A DNA stretch of 64,000 nucleotides from Amphiscolops sp. MND2022 (Eukaryota), in NCBI GenBank assembly GCA_964187785.1, contig OZ076409.1, forward strand, positions 37,884,001 to 37,948,000, read 5' to 3'. Every line of letters begins with the position of its first letter. The stretch's first letter is position 1. The notes under the pieces were generated by a model. It was not told where the DNA came from and searched no databases. It saw only the letters and a program-made list of their open reading frames with translations. The translations under genes were made by a program, and so were the position numbers. Shown here piece by piece: positions 24,632 to 38,500 of this stretch.

Positions 24632-25700
24632 CCTAGCGATGGAGCGATTTAGAGCACTGCTAGTAAAAGGCCTAAACTTAACAGCGCAACCTTTGCTAAT
24701 GGAGTATGAAAAAGAAATATTGAGGCTAGCAATTTTTTGTAAGTTATTCTGGGATTGAACGATAAATATCATCACCCTGACGAGTGAATGTCCATGGTGA
24801 CTGCCGTCAACTTAACTCAAGGGATTTTGTGGTTTTTGCTTTCTAAGCAAGCACCGTTGTTCCTGCGAGATGCTGCGCAACTCTCGGAACACCGGTGACA
24901 ATAAATTTTGCTGATCGATTTGCAATAACCTAATCATCACTTTGAGGCATTTTTTGGCACAACTTATGCCCTAGGGCTGTTTTGCTCGATACAGAGGGTA
25001 AACCCCAGCCCCATAATCAGTTTCAAGTTTGCTGCAGCTGCTTCCTGTGCTGCATCATATCCAACTGAAAGTGATACAATTATTTCTCATCCAATCACTC
25101 ATAATGACATATACCCCAAAAAATCAACTTTTTTCTGATGTCTCCTACAGGTGAACGAATTACATTTTTGAAACCCCCATTGGATGCTGACAATTTTTGA
25201 CCTTATTGTCCGAGACCGTGCGGACCGTTCCGACTGCTCAAATCATCAATTTGATCAAAGTGATTCAGTCAAAAAAAATATTTTGGCACTTTTCGGCACT
25301 TTGGTTTCCCCCGGGGGAAATTTTTTCGGACCGTTCGAAAGACCGTTGACCGTTGATGAATTTCACAAAAGTGCACTTTGCCGCTACGGGCTTTCCTTCA
25401 TGGTGAAAATGGCCTTTGATTCGGTCATTGATTAATCAAAGATGAAAAAAGATGAAAAAAAACCAAAAAAACGCAAAAAAACCCTACAAAATGAATTTTC
25501 CTGGAAAAACGTCAGCAGAAAAAAATTCCTAAATTTTTGAGATAAAGCCACATGCAAAGTTTCAGACAAATCCTACGGGTGAATTTCGAGATCGGTTAAA
25601 ATACTTCGCAATCCTGAAGGTAGGAATTGATAGAATGTGCTCGGCTCTCGGGACCCTCCCCGGCCTCGCAATATTTTCTGATGGGCATCCCCCTTGACCA
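24632..25700. mobile_element. Array unit U1, short class (1069 bp)
   Basis: Near-identical to U9; right part shared with U7 and U8. Confidence 0.75.
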
Positions 25701-28700
25701 CCCAGTGGAGGTAATTAGAGCACGACTAGAGGGGCGGGGGAAGCCTAAGCAAATGGAAGAAGGACGTTTGATACTAAAGATTGAAATACTTTGTTGTACT
25801 TCCTGCTACCTGTTTTAGTATGCCATGGGAACAAAGATAAACTTCATCATCACTATGATACAGAATTGACAATGGTGAAGGCCGTTAAAACAAAAATAGG
25901 GTATCCCGAGAAGTCCCTTACAACCAGGCACCGTTCATCCTGAGAGATGCTGCGAACCTCGATCCACCTCTGACAATGACATAAGTGACAATGAAAATTT
26001 TCTACAAATGAATTTGTCGCAATTACTGAAGGATTTGCTGAAATCCTTAGTAATATTAGAATAGAATGTGGTGGTGGTGGTGGTGGTGGTGAATGAGGTT
26101 ACTATTGTTTTAAAAGACTCTACTCAAATCCGGATCATATGCGAGAAGACGTGAGATGTTGACTCACCATTTGAGTTTACATTGCAATCGGGAAAAAATG
26201 AAAAATTTTTACATTGTAACAATTTTTGAAAACGGTTTGTGTTATGCGGAGCTACTTTTTGATGGAACTATTATTAAACGTGAAAACTTTTTACCACGAT
26301 ACTTCGCTGACTTTAAATGAATTTTAATGAACACTCCATTCGAGTTTTATAGCGCTTTCAACCCACGAAAGAAAGCTTTCAATACAAGATGTAACAAATT
26401 GACAAATCGAGGAGATACGGGCTTCCCTGAAGCTGATGAAGAAGACAAATGTTAAATTGAGTGGACATTCTACATACAATTCACAAATTTTGCCCAAATT
26501 GTTTCAGGTATTTTTCGAAAGACACAAAGAAAAAATGTGGTCTCTGAATTCTAAGGTGATGAACATATACGAAAAGAACATGTCAGCTAATTACATGTTA
26601 TCAACTCCAGAAATCATGGATGGTTGGACAATATTGTCTACAGCTAAATTAGAAGACAAGGGTGTCTTGTTTTTTGTTTTTTGTAGTGATAGCCTTGCCA
26701 AGTTGACACAAGGCCAACTTGGAAGGCTATCACAAGATTCAGGTAAAAGCTGTTTCCTGAATTGGTTTAATGTGAATCGTATAATAAGCAAACGCGATAA
26801 ATGTGAGTAGGTTGTCAAATCTATAGAGTCCGTAAAGTGCAAGTAGTGAGAGACGTATTGGGAATTTGGTTAGCTACTATAAAATTGATTCAGTCTTTGC
26901 TAATTTATCTTTTAATGAACATTGCTTGTTAAACATATAACTCTTTTCAGCCGTAACAAAGAAGTTTGGAACAACGGGAAGATAAGAGACTTTGAAACAT
27001 GTCCACAGTTGTATAACCCTAGTGAATGAACTGCTGATTGATGTTTACAGTATCAACGTTTTAATAAAAAGTGCAAAAAATCTAGTGAAAAATTTTCAGT
27101 ACTCTAGAAAGTTTGGTGTTACACAATGCTTTATGCACCGCAGTTTTCACATAGACCACTCTATAGACCTCATCTTCACAACACTGATACTATGTTATTA
27201 GTAAGTGGCGGAAAATAGGTTAGTTTTTATGTATTCTGTTTTTATTGTTAAAATGTGTCTTCGAAATTTTCACCGGAAAGTTGAATTTTTCTTTGCAAAA
27301 CGTGTTATCGTAGCTCACAAGCCACTGAAGCATTTGACACCAGTCATATACCTATTTTTGATTATTTTGGAGGCCACAGGTTACGGCAGACACAATAATG
27401 TTGTTCAAAACACGAAAATTCAATTTTCGACCTGACAAAAATTGGGTTTTTGGGGTAAAAAAAATTTCATTTTGAGAACGAATGGGATAAAAAATGTGTC
27501 AAGACCAAGCGTGGTAGTGTTTTTTATACTTTTTATAAGTGTAAACAAGTCGTCTGCTGCCGGTGAGCTTGTGTTGAGCGTTAATACCATAACCAACAAA
27601 CACCGATTAAAAAAGGTCCCATGGAATGTTGCAAATAACCGGAACTTTCGGGCATAATCTCCTCTAGTGACTACTATTGACATGTCGAAATTCCTTGCAT
27701 TGTTGTTACAAGTCTGGTATGCACTTTAGTTGATCCTCGGGTATAGTGTTAGACAAAAAACAGTCTTAGTGTGACCGCCGATACCAAGAAACTGGTGATA
27801 CATCCGGAAAAATGCTGAAGTTGAAGTCATGCGTCTGTACAGTATGATATTTTTAGGTATCCCAGACTCTGAAAAATGACCTTGAAACTTCTATAAACAT
27901 CGTTTTCCTAAATTACAGTGCCTGTTGGTTGCTCTAGAATTCAATAGTTGCTGATAAAGCTCCATTTTGTCAATTCGACTCCACCAAAAATATGATGTTG
28001 TATCAATTTTTGACGAATTTCATTGTTGAAAAGGAAATATTGTTGCCCATGACTACTCGACTTATAGTGTATGTGCCTTGTCAAAGCCCAGTTGTGTTTT
28101 TAACATGCCAATGGACTAACAGAGGTGGATAGTTGATGTTTGTGGGCAAAAATTGGTAGTCCTATACGTCAAAAAATACTTTGGAAACAAATTTTATCTT
28201 GAAATTTTGTTCCTCAACGGGGCTTTTGCCACTCAAAATTGCAATATAACCATTCTGGAAGGTCAAATTGTGTTCCACGTCAGCTGTACACTTGGTTGTG
28301 ACCAAAACAGTGTCTTGATTGAGTAAAAAAGCACATTAGCTAATTTTCATTCAACCCATATATCGATATGTGAGGTATCATTTTCTGATGTGTAACGTCT
28401 AACGGCAACTGATTTTTTAAAAATGAATCCAAAATCACTGTGGGCACTTTCCTCATGCTACTCACGTGCCATATTATGCAAAACAACATTTTATGTGACT
28501 ATTGTGATTTAAAAATTGAATTTGGGCACTGAAAAACATGTTTTTTGGGTGAAAAATTGTTTTTCAAAACCCAAAATCTCACGTTGTGAGCACGAAAATT
28601 CCAAATTTTTACAGAAGCATGCTAAAGCTAAACTGATGGGTTTTTAGGCGTCACCATAGCTCACAAAAATTTTTTGACCTTATGGACGGAGACCGTACAG

Positions 28701-30593
28701 ACCGTTGTTCGCGAGCAAATGACCTTTTTGTAAGTCCGAGTCGCCTAAAAAAATGCTATGTAACCCATGTAAGCACTTTTATCACTCCCTGTAGCAACTG
28801 GTGAAAACTTTTTATCACCATTCGGTAGGCCAGTGGCCCACGTTTACTTTCCAAAAGATGACCCATGTTGCTATCTGTACTCTGTCAGGAGATATACATA
28901 CCCGAAATGTAGTTACGATGTGACAACATAACTCTCTATAACTCTCGGACTCAACTAAAAAATCGAAATTTTTTCAGACGCACTCTACAAGTCTACTGTT
29001 AGGTTTTTGGGCGTCACCATAGCACACTGACACTTTTTGACCGTATGGTCGAAGACCGTACGGACCGTTGGTGGAGCAGAAATGGTCTTTTTGTGGGTCC
29101 GAGTCGTGCAAAAAAATGCTAAATAACCTATCTTGGCATATTATTCACGCCATGCGGCACTTATTGAAAACTTTTTGTAACCATTCGATAGACCAGTGGC
29201 CCACGTTCATTTTCGAAAAGATGACCCATTATGCTATCTATACTCTGGCAGGAGATATGCATACCCGAAATGTTGTTACGATGTGACACCATAACTCTCG
29301 GACCCACGTAAAAATTCGAAATTTGTTCAGAAGCTTCCTACAAGTGTTCTGATAGGTTTTTGAGTGCCACCATGTTACACTGACATTTTTTGACCTTATG
29401 GTCCGAGACCGTGCAGACCGTTCCTGTGGAGCAAATCACCATTTTGTAACTCCGAGTCAACTTAAAAAATTCAAAATACCACTTCTGAGAATTTTTTTCT
29501 TTCGCAACGGCAACTAGGCTATGTTTTTTGCACTCAATCGTTAGACCGCTGCCCAATGTTCATTTTGATAAAGATGACCCACGGTGCTATCTGCGCTCGG
29601 TCATGAGAAACATCATCATGAAAAGTTCATACAACGTATGAGATTAACTCGGACCGTCACTCAAAAAAATTAATTTTTTTCAGAGGTCCCCCAGAGGTTC
29701 ACCAATGTCATTTTCGGTGTCGCCATAGCTCAGTGACATTTTTTGATCCTTATGTCGGAGACCGTGCGGACCGTTGTTGGCGAGGAATTCACATGTTTGC
29801 AAAAATGAGCTGATTTTCAAAAACTCATTCCTCACTATAAGGCATTTTTTGGCACCACCATTGCCCCAGGCCTACTTTTCGATAGTACCGTGGGTAGACC
29901 CCAGCCCGCTGATCTTTTTCATATATATGACCTCCGCTGCTACTGGTGCTGCGTGGTGAGTAATTGAACGAATAGTACATAATAAAAAATTTCATCCTAG
30001 CTCATCATGCCATACACCCCAAAAAATCGACTTTTTTATTATGTTCCCCCCAGGTGTAAAAATTATATTTTTGAATCCCTCATATAAAGCTGACAACTTT
30101 TGACTCTATGGTCCGAGACCGTTCGGACCCTTTAACGTGCTCAAATCGACTTATAAGTAAAGGTGATACTGGTGATACTTCACATTTTGGCATTTTTTGG
30201 CACTTTGAGTGCCCCGATTGGCACTTTTTTGGCACCATCATTTGACGCGCCACAATTCACAACTTTTTGTTAGTATGCATCATTGGGCTAGCGTGCACCG
30301 TGTAAAAGTTATTAAAGAAAAACGTTATATCCGAACAAAAATTCGTTATATCCGAACTTTTGTCAAAAAAACCATGAAGATGAATTTTGCGGGAAAAACG
30401 TCAGCAGGAAAAAGTTCTTAGAATTGCTCGAAGATTACATGTGCAAATTTTCATCCAATTCTAACGGCTCAGTTCCAAAATCGGCCTCCCACGTGTACGA
30501 TTTCTGGTAGATGACGTCGATACTTTATAAAATGAGCTCGGTCCCGGGTCCCTCCCCGGCCTCGCACAATTTTGTGGGCTAAGGCCGTGACCA
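25701..30593. mobile_element. Array unit U2, long class (4893 bp)
   Basis: Highly similar to U6 and to the left 3 kb of U4. Confidence 0.75.
28600..30200. repeat. About 355-bp internal tandem subrepeats of the long units (example in U2)
   Basis: The motif TTTTGACCTTATGGTCCGAGACCGTGCGGACCGTT or a variant recurs near 28675, 29037, 29391, 29742 and 30101, with the same pattern in the other long units. Confidence 0.85.
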
Positions 30594-33500
30594 CCTAGCG
30601 CTGGAGGCTAAACAAACCACGAGGATTAAGCAGTTGTCACAAGGATGGACAAGGATCGTGTGATTCCTCACGTATTTAGAAAAGGGTAGTTGTTAACCGG
30701 TGAACATGTAAACATGTTGTTCCGTTTGACCAAATCGATATTGAGCTTCAGACCAAATCAAAAATTAGCACCATCGGCGGTTGCCATTCTTTGTATCTCA
30801 GCAGGAATGTTTAGTAAACAGGAAAAAAACTGATCATTTTGTTTTGTGTGTTGCTGTGAAAAAAAGATTTGGCCGCGGAACTTACACTTCAGATATTACA
30901 TTGTTTTCACAGAGAAGGAGATGAAATAAACTTATGTGTTTCAAATTGTTGGATTCAAAAAAATGATCAACAGAAAAAGAAGTCAAGTAAACTAAGTTCC
31001 GAACAAACAATACCTGAATTTGAGGCACAAGAGAACTGAGAATTTAAAAGTTGCTATATGGTAAGTGAAAAAAAGTTATTGTTTAATTTACAAATTGAAT
31101 TTATTATACAATCGCAAAAAAAAGTAACTTGGAAAAATTAGGGGTTGTACCAATTTTCAATTGAATTTTGTGTTATGTGATTTACAAAACAATGTGTATT
31201 TTCATTAAGTATTTTAACTTGTGCATAATTTTTAACCAAAATTCGCTAATTTTAAATAATATTAAATGCATACTCTCCATCCGATTTTTTTTGTACTATG
31301 ACGCTACTAATCGAAGCCTTCAACAAAACATATGACTTATTGTAAGGTGGAGGAGATAGGGGATTTTGTGGAGTGGACAAAGGAGAACAGAGTTCAATAG
31401 ACGTTCCATAAACATTCTACATAAATATTATCACTTTGGAGTTGGTATTTTAGGAAACATTTGCACAGACAAAAAGAAAAAATACAGTCTTTGAAATTAT
31501 TGGTAGTCATCAAATACTGATGAGAACGTCAGCTGAGTACATGTTATAAAACAAAGGGACAAAGGAATAATTAGCAAGGTTGCCAACAGCCACATGGGAA
31601 GATGAAGAAGTCCTGTTTTTTGTTTTGTGCAGTGATAGCCTTGGCAAGTTGACACAAGGTCAACTTCAAAGGCTATCACAAGATTCAGTTATCAATTGTT
31701 TCCAAAGAAAACATAGTTGAATCATAATCTTCTAATGAACAAACGTCATGGCTGTGAGTAGGGTTTCAGGGCTTTTAAAATTTGGTTAGCTTACGTTAAG
31801 GCAATTCTGTCTTCGTAATTTCATGTAATACTGAACTTTGACATGTACAACTTGTGACATGTTTGAACGGAAACAAGGGATTTTTAAAAATAGTGAAAGA
31901 ATAATCACTGTGACAGATATTTAGTGTTTAATTTGCTTATTGAATGGAATTGCTGAACGATGTTTACAGCATCAGATTGTAGAGATAAAGTGCAAAAAGT
32001 ATAGTGAAAACATATGAGTACTTTGAGAAATTTTGTGTTGCACAATGCTTTATGCGCCACAGTTGTCCCATACATCCCTCTATAGACCTCAAATTCGCAA
32101 CACTGATACTGCATCAATAGTAATTGAGGGGAAATAGGTAGGTTTTCTATGTATTCAGTTTTTATTGTGAAAATGTATCTTCGAAAATTTCACTGGAAAG
32201 TTGATATTTTCTTTGCAAAACGTGTTATCGCGACTCACATGTCACTGAAGCATTTGAAACCAGTAACACTTTCGTTTTTGAGTATTTTGAGGGCCACAGG
32301 TTATGTTAGACACAATATTGTTGCTCAAAAGACAAAAATTCAATTTTCGCCCATGCAAAAATTGGGTTTTTGGGAACAAATTTATTCATGTTGAGAACGA
32401 ATGGGTTGAAAAATCTGTCAAGAACAAGCATGGTAGTTTTATAAACACTTTCTATAACTGTAAACAAGTTGTTTGTTGTCAGTATGCTCGTTGCTGAGCG
32501 TTAATACCATAACCGACAAGCAGCGATTAAAAAAAGGTGGAATTAAATATGACACAAAACATGAATTTTTGAGAAATATCTGTTCTGATCACTACTTATG
32601 ACATGTCGAAATGCCTTGCATTGTTTTTAAAAGTCTGGTCACCATCTTGGTTGATCCTCAGGTTTAATGTTAGACAAAAAACAGTGTTAGTAGGACCGCC
32701 GATACCAAATAAGTGGTGACTGATCCGGAAAAATTCTGAATTAGAAATCATGCGTCTATTCAGTATGATATTTTTAGGTACCTCACACTCTGAATATGAC
32801 CTTGAAACTTCTGTAAACATCATTTTCCTAAGTTACAGTGCCAGTGGGTTGCTCTAGAAAGCAAATGTTGCTGATAAAATTCCATTTTCTTAATTCGACT
32901 CCACCAAAAATTGGATGTTTTATCAATTTTTGAAGACTTTCACTGTTGAATAGTAAACATTGTTGTTCATGACTACTATAAGTAAAGTGTATGTGCCTTG
33001 TCAAGGCCCAGTTGTCTTTTTCACATGCCACTGGACTAACAAAAGTGGATAGTTGATGTTTGTGGGCAAAAATTGGTGGTCCTATACGTCAAAAAACGAT
33101 TTGGAAATAAATTTTATCTCGAATTTTTGTTGGTCAACGGCGTTTTTGGCACTCAAATTCGCAATGTAACCATTGTCAAAGGTCATTATGTGTTCCATGT
33201 CAGCTGTACACTTAGTTATGACCAAAACAGAGTCTTGATTGAGTGAAAAAGCACTTTAGATGATTTTCACTCAACACATATATCGATATGTAAGCTACGA
33301 TTTTCTGTAATGTAACGTCTAATGGCAGCTGATTTTTCCGATATGACTCCAAATCTACAGTGAGCACTTTCTTTACGTTATTCACATCCCATGTTATGCA
33401 AAAGAACATTTTAGGTGGCTACTGGGCTTTAAAAAATTTTTTTGGGCACTCAAAAACATGATTTTGTTGAGCAAAAAACACGGTTCCCAATGTAATATGT

Positions 33501-35529
33501 AACACAGTCTGCAGGAAAACACTAAATTTTTACAGAATGATCCCACAAGTAAACTGATGGGTTTTTGGGCGTCACCAAAGCCCACGAAAAATTTTTGACC
33601 TTATGGATGGAGACCGTACAGACCGTTGTTGGCGAGCAAATGACCTTCTTGTAAGTCCGAGTCGCCTGAGAAAATGCTAAGTAACCCTTGTAAGCATTTT
33701 CATCACTCCCTGTAGCAACTGGTGGAAACTTTTTATCACCATTTGGTAGGCCAGTGGCCAACGTTTACTTTCCAAAAGATGACCCATGTTGCTATCTGTA
33801 CTCTGTCAGGAGATATACATAGCCGAAATGTAGTTACGATGTGACAACATAACTCTCTATTACTCTCGGACTCACCTAAAAATTCCAAATTTTTTCAGAA
33901 GCACTCTAGAAGTGAACTGATGGGTTTGTGGGCGTCACCATAGCACAGTGACACTTTTTGATCTTATGGTCGAAGACCGTACGGACCGTTGGTGGAGCAG
34001 AAATGGGCCTTTTGTAGGTCCGAGTCGTGCAAAAAATTGCTAAATACCACATCTTGTCATATTGTTCACACCGTGCAGCAGTAATTGAAAACTTTTTGTA
34101 ACCAATCGATAGACCAGTGGCCCACGTTCTTTTTCGAAAAGGTGACCCATGATGCTATCTGTACTCTGTCAGGAGATATACATACCCGAAATGTACTTAC
34201 TATGTGACAACATAACTCTCTAAAACTCTCGGACTAACCTAAAAATTCCAAAATTTTTCAGAAGCACTATACAAGTGTTCTGATGGGTTTTTGGGCGTCA
34301 CCATGGCACACTGACACTTTTAGACCTTATGGTCGAAGACCGTACGGACCGTTGGTGGAGCAGAAATGGGCCTTTTGTAGGTCCGAGTCGTGCAAAAAAA
34401 TGCTAAATACCACATCTTGGCATGTTATTCACGCCGTGCAGCAGTAATTAAAAACTTTTTATAACCAATCGATAGACCAGTGGCCCACGTTCTTTTTCGA
34501 AAAGGTGACCCATGATGCTATCTGTACTCTGTGAGGAGATATGCATACCCGAAATGTAGTTACGATGTGACACTATAACTCTCGGACCCACGTAAAAATT
34601 CGAAATTTGTTCAGAAGCTTCCTACCACTGTTCTGATGTGTTTTTAGGCGCCACCATGTCACACTGACAAATTTTGATCTTATGATCCGAGACCGTTCGG
34701 ACCGTTCCTGAACAGAAAATCACAATTTTGTAACTGCGAGTCGACATCAAAAATTGAAAACAACACTTCTGGATAATTTTCTCTTTCACTATGGCAACTA
34801 AGGTATATTTTTTGCACCCAATCGTTAGACCGCTGCCCAACGTTCATTTTGATAAAGATGACCCACGGTGCTATCTGTACTCGGGTATGAGTTACAAGAT
34901 TATGAAATGTTCATACAACGCAACAGATCAACTCGGACCGTGACTCAAAAAAATCAAATTTTTCCAGAGGCCTCTTAGAGGTCAACCGATGTCATTTTGG
35001 TCGTCACCATAACTCACTGACAATTTTTGACTTTATGGTCCGAGACCGTGCGGACCGTTCCTCCTGTTCAAATCATCAGTTTTGTTGAAGTGATACTGTC
35101 CGAAAAATTTTTTTGGCACTTTTTGGCACTATAGTTGCTCCCTGGGGGAAATTTTTTTGGACCGTTGAATAGACCGTTGACCGTTGATGATTTTCATAAA
35201 AGTGTTTTGTGTCGCTATCTGTAATGCTTCACAGTGAAAATGGCCTTTAAACCTGTGAGTGATAAATCACGAATTGAAAAAACCAAAAAAAAACGCAAAA
35301 AAACCTATGATGGACATTTTTTTCGAAAAAGTGTCAGCAAGAAAAAGTTCTTAGAATTTGCTCTTCTATCTGTGTGCAAAGTTTCATCCAATTCTAACGG
35401 TTCATTTCGAAAATCGCTGTTTTGAGGCCGTGTTTTTGTATGTAGCTAGAGCGTCAAAGGCGAAAGGTGCGGCCGGCGGGTCCCGTCTCCCGCGGCCGCA
35501 AATTTAAACAGGGAATATCGCCCCGACCA
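30594..35529. mobile_element. Array unit U3, long class (4936 bp), divergent left arm and divergent terminal motif
   Basis: Starts CCTAGCGCTGGAGG; shares body, central hairpin and 355-bp subrepeats with the other long units. Confidence 0.75.
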
Positions 35530-38500
35530 CCCAGCGGAGGTAATTAGAGCACGACTAGAGGGGCGGGGGAATCCTAAGCAAATGGAAGAAGGACGTTTGA
35601 TACTAAAGATTGAAATACTTTGTTGTACTTCCTGCTACCTGTTTTAGTATGCCATGGGAACAAAGATAAACTTCATCATCACTATGTTACAGAATTGACA
35701 ATGGTGAAGGCCGTTAAAACAAAAATAGGGTATCCCGAGAAGTCCCTTACAACCAGGCACCGTTCATCCTGAGAGATGCTGCGAACCTCGATCCACCGCT
35801 GACAATGACATAAGTGACAATGAAAATTTTCTACAAATGAATTTGTCGCAATTACTGAAGGATTTGCTGAAATCCTTAGTAATATTAGAATAGAATGTGG
35901 TGGTGGCGGTGGTGGTGGTGAATGAGGTTACTAGTGTTTTAAAAGACTCTACTTAAATCCGGATCATATGCGAGAAGACGTGAGATATTGACTCACCATT
36001 TGAGTTTACATTGCAATCGGGAAAAAATGAAAAAATTTATACATTGTAACAAATTTTGAAAACGATTTGTGTTATGCGGAGCTACTTTTTTGATGGAACT
36101 ATTATTAAACGTGAAAACTTTTTACCACGATACTTCGCGGACTTTAAACGAATTTTAATGAACACTCCATTCGAGTTTTATAGCGCTTTCAACCCACGAA
36201 AGAAAGCTTTCAATACAAGATGTAACAAATTGACAAATCGAGGAGATACGGGCTTTCCTGAAGCTGATAAAGAAGCCAAATGTTAAATTGAGTGGACATT
36301 CTACATACAATTCACAAATTTTGACCAAATTGTTTCAGGTATTTTTCAAAAGACACAAAGAGAAAATGTTGTCTCTGAATTCTAAGGTGATGAATATATA
36401 CGAAAAAAACATGTCAGCTAATTACATGTTATCAACTCCAGAAATCATGGATGGTTGGACAATATTGTCTACAGCTAAATTAGAAGACAAGGGTGTCTTG
36501 TTTTTTGTTTTTTGTAGTGATAGCCTTGCCAAGTTGACACAAGGCCAACTTGGAAGGCTATCACAAGATTCAGGTAAAAGCTGTTTCCTGAATTGGTTTA
36601 ATGTGAATCGTATAATAAGCAAACGCGATAAATGTGAGTAGGTTGTCAAATCTATAGAGTCCGTAAAGTGCAAGTAGTGAGAGACGTATTGGGAATTTGG
36701 TTAGCTACTATAAAATTGATTCAGTCTTTGCTAATTTATCTTTTAATGAACATTGCTTGTTAAACATATAACTCTTTTCAGCCGTAACAAAGAAGTTTGG
36801 AACAACGGGAAGATAAGAGACTTTGAAACATGTCCACAGTTGTATAACCCTAGTGAATGAACTGCTGATTGATGTTTACAGTATCAACGTTTTGATAAAA
36901 AGTGCAAAAAATCTAGTGAAAAATTTTCAGTACTCTAGTAAGTTTGGTGTTACACAATGCTTTATGCACCGCAGTTTTCACATAGACCACTCTATAGACC
37001 TCATCTTCACAACACTGATACTATGTTATTAGTAAGTGACGGAAAACAGGTTAGTTTTTATGTATTCTGTTTTTATTGTTAAAATGTGTCTTCGAAATTT
37101 TCACCGGAAAGTTGAATTTTTCTTTGCAAAACGTGTTATCGTAGCTCACAAGCCACTGAAGCATTTGACACCAGTCATATACCTATTTTTGATTATTTTG
37201 GAGGCCACAGGTTACGGCAGACACAATAATGTTGTTCAAAACACGAAAATTCAATTTTCGACCTGACAAAAATTGGGTTCTCGGGGAAAAAAATTTCATT
37301 TTGAGAACGAATGGGATAAAAAATGTGTCAAGACCAAGCGTGGTAGTGTTTGTTATACTTTTTATAAGTGTAAACAAGTCGTATGCTGCCGGTGAGGTTG
37401 TTGTTGAGCGTTAATACCATAACCAACAAACACCGATTAAAGAAGGTCCCATGGAATGTTGCAAATAACCGGAACTTTCGGGCATAATCTCCTCTAGTGA
37501 CTACTATTGACATGTCGAAATTCCTTGCATTGTTGTTACAAGTCTGGTATGCACCTTAGTTGATCCTCGGGTATAGTGTTAGACAAAAAACAGTCTTAGT
37601 GTGACCGCCGATACCAAGAAACTGGTGATACATCCGGAAAAATGCTGAAGTTGAAGTCATGCGTCTGTACAGTATGATATTTTTAGGTATCCCAGACTCT
37701 GAAAAATGACCTTGAAACTTCTATAAACATCGTTTTCCTAAATTACAGTGCCTGTTGGTTGCTCTAGAATTCAATAGTTGCTGATAAAGCTCCATTTTGT
37801 CAATTCGACTCCACCAAAAATATGATGTTGTATCAATTTTTGACGAATTTCATTGTTGAAAAGGAAATATTGTTGCCCATGACTACTCGACTTATAGTGT
37901 ATGTGCCTTGTCAAAACCCAGTTGTGTTTTTAACATGCCAATGGACTAACAGAGGTGGATAGTTGATGTTTGTGGGCAAAAATTGGTAGTCCTATACGTC
38001 AAAAAATAGTTTGGAAACAAATTTTATCTTGAATTTTTGTTCCTCAACGGGTCTTTTGCCACTCAAACTTGCAATATAACCATTCTGGAAGGTCAAATTG
38101 TGTTCCACGTCAGCTGTACACTTGGTTGTGACCAAAACAGTGTCTCGATTGAGTAAAAAAGCACATTAGCTGATTTTCATTCAACCCATATATCGATATG
38201 TGAGGTATCATTTTCTGATGTGTAACGTCTAGTGGCAGCTGATTTTTTAAAAATGAATCCAAAATCACTGTGGGCACTTTCCTCATGCTACTCACGTGCC
38301 ATGTTATGCAAAACAACATTTTATGTGACTATTGTGATTTAAAAATTGATTTTGGGCACTGAAAAACATGTTTTTTGGGTGAAAAATTGTTTTTCAAAAC
38401 CCAAAATCTCACGTTGTGAGCACGAAAATTCCAAATTTTTACAGAAGCATGCTAAAGCTAAGCTGATGGGTTTTTGGGCGTCACCATAGCTCACGAAAAT

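Noticed and set aside
26068..26091. (GGT)n microsatellite varying in length among U2, U4 and U6
   Set aside because: Ordinary slippage; no sign of function.
35468..35529. HDV-like ribozyme resemblance (GGCCGGC..GGTCCC..CTCCCGC)
   Set aside because: I could not build the nested double pseudoknot. The sequence folds as a simple hairpin and other copies lack the P1 pairing.
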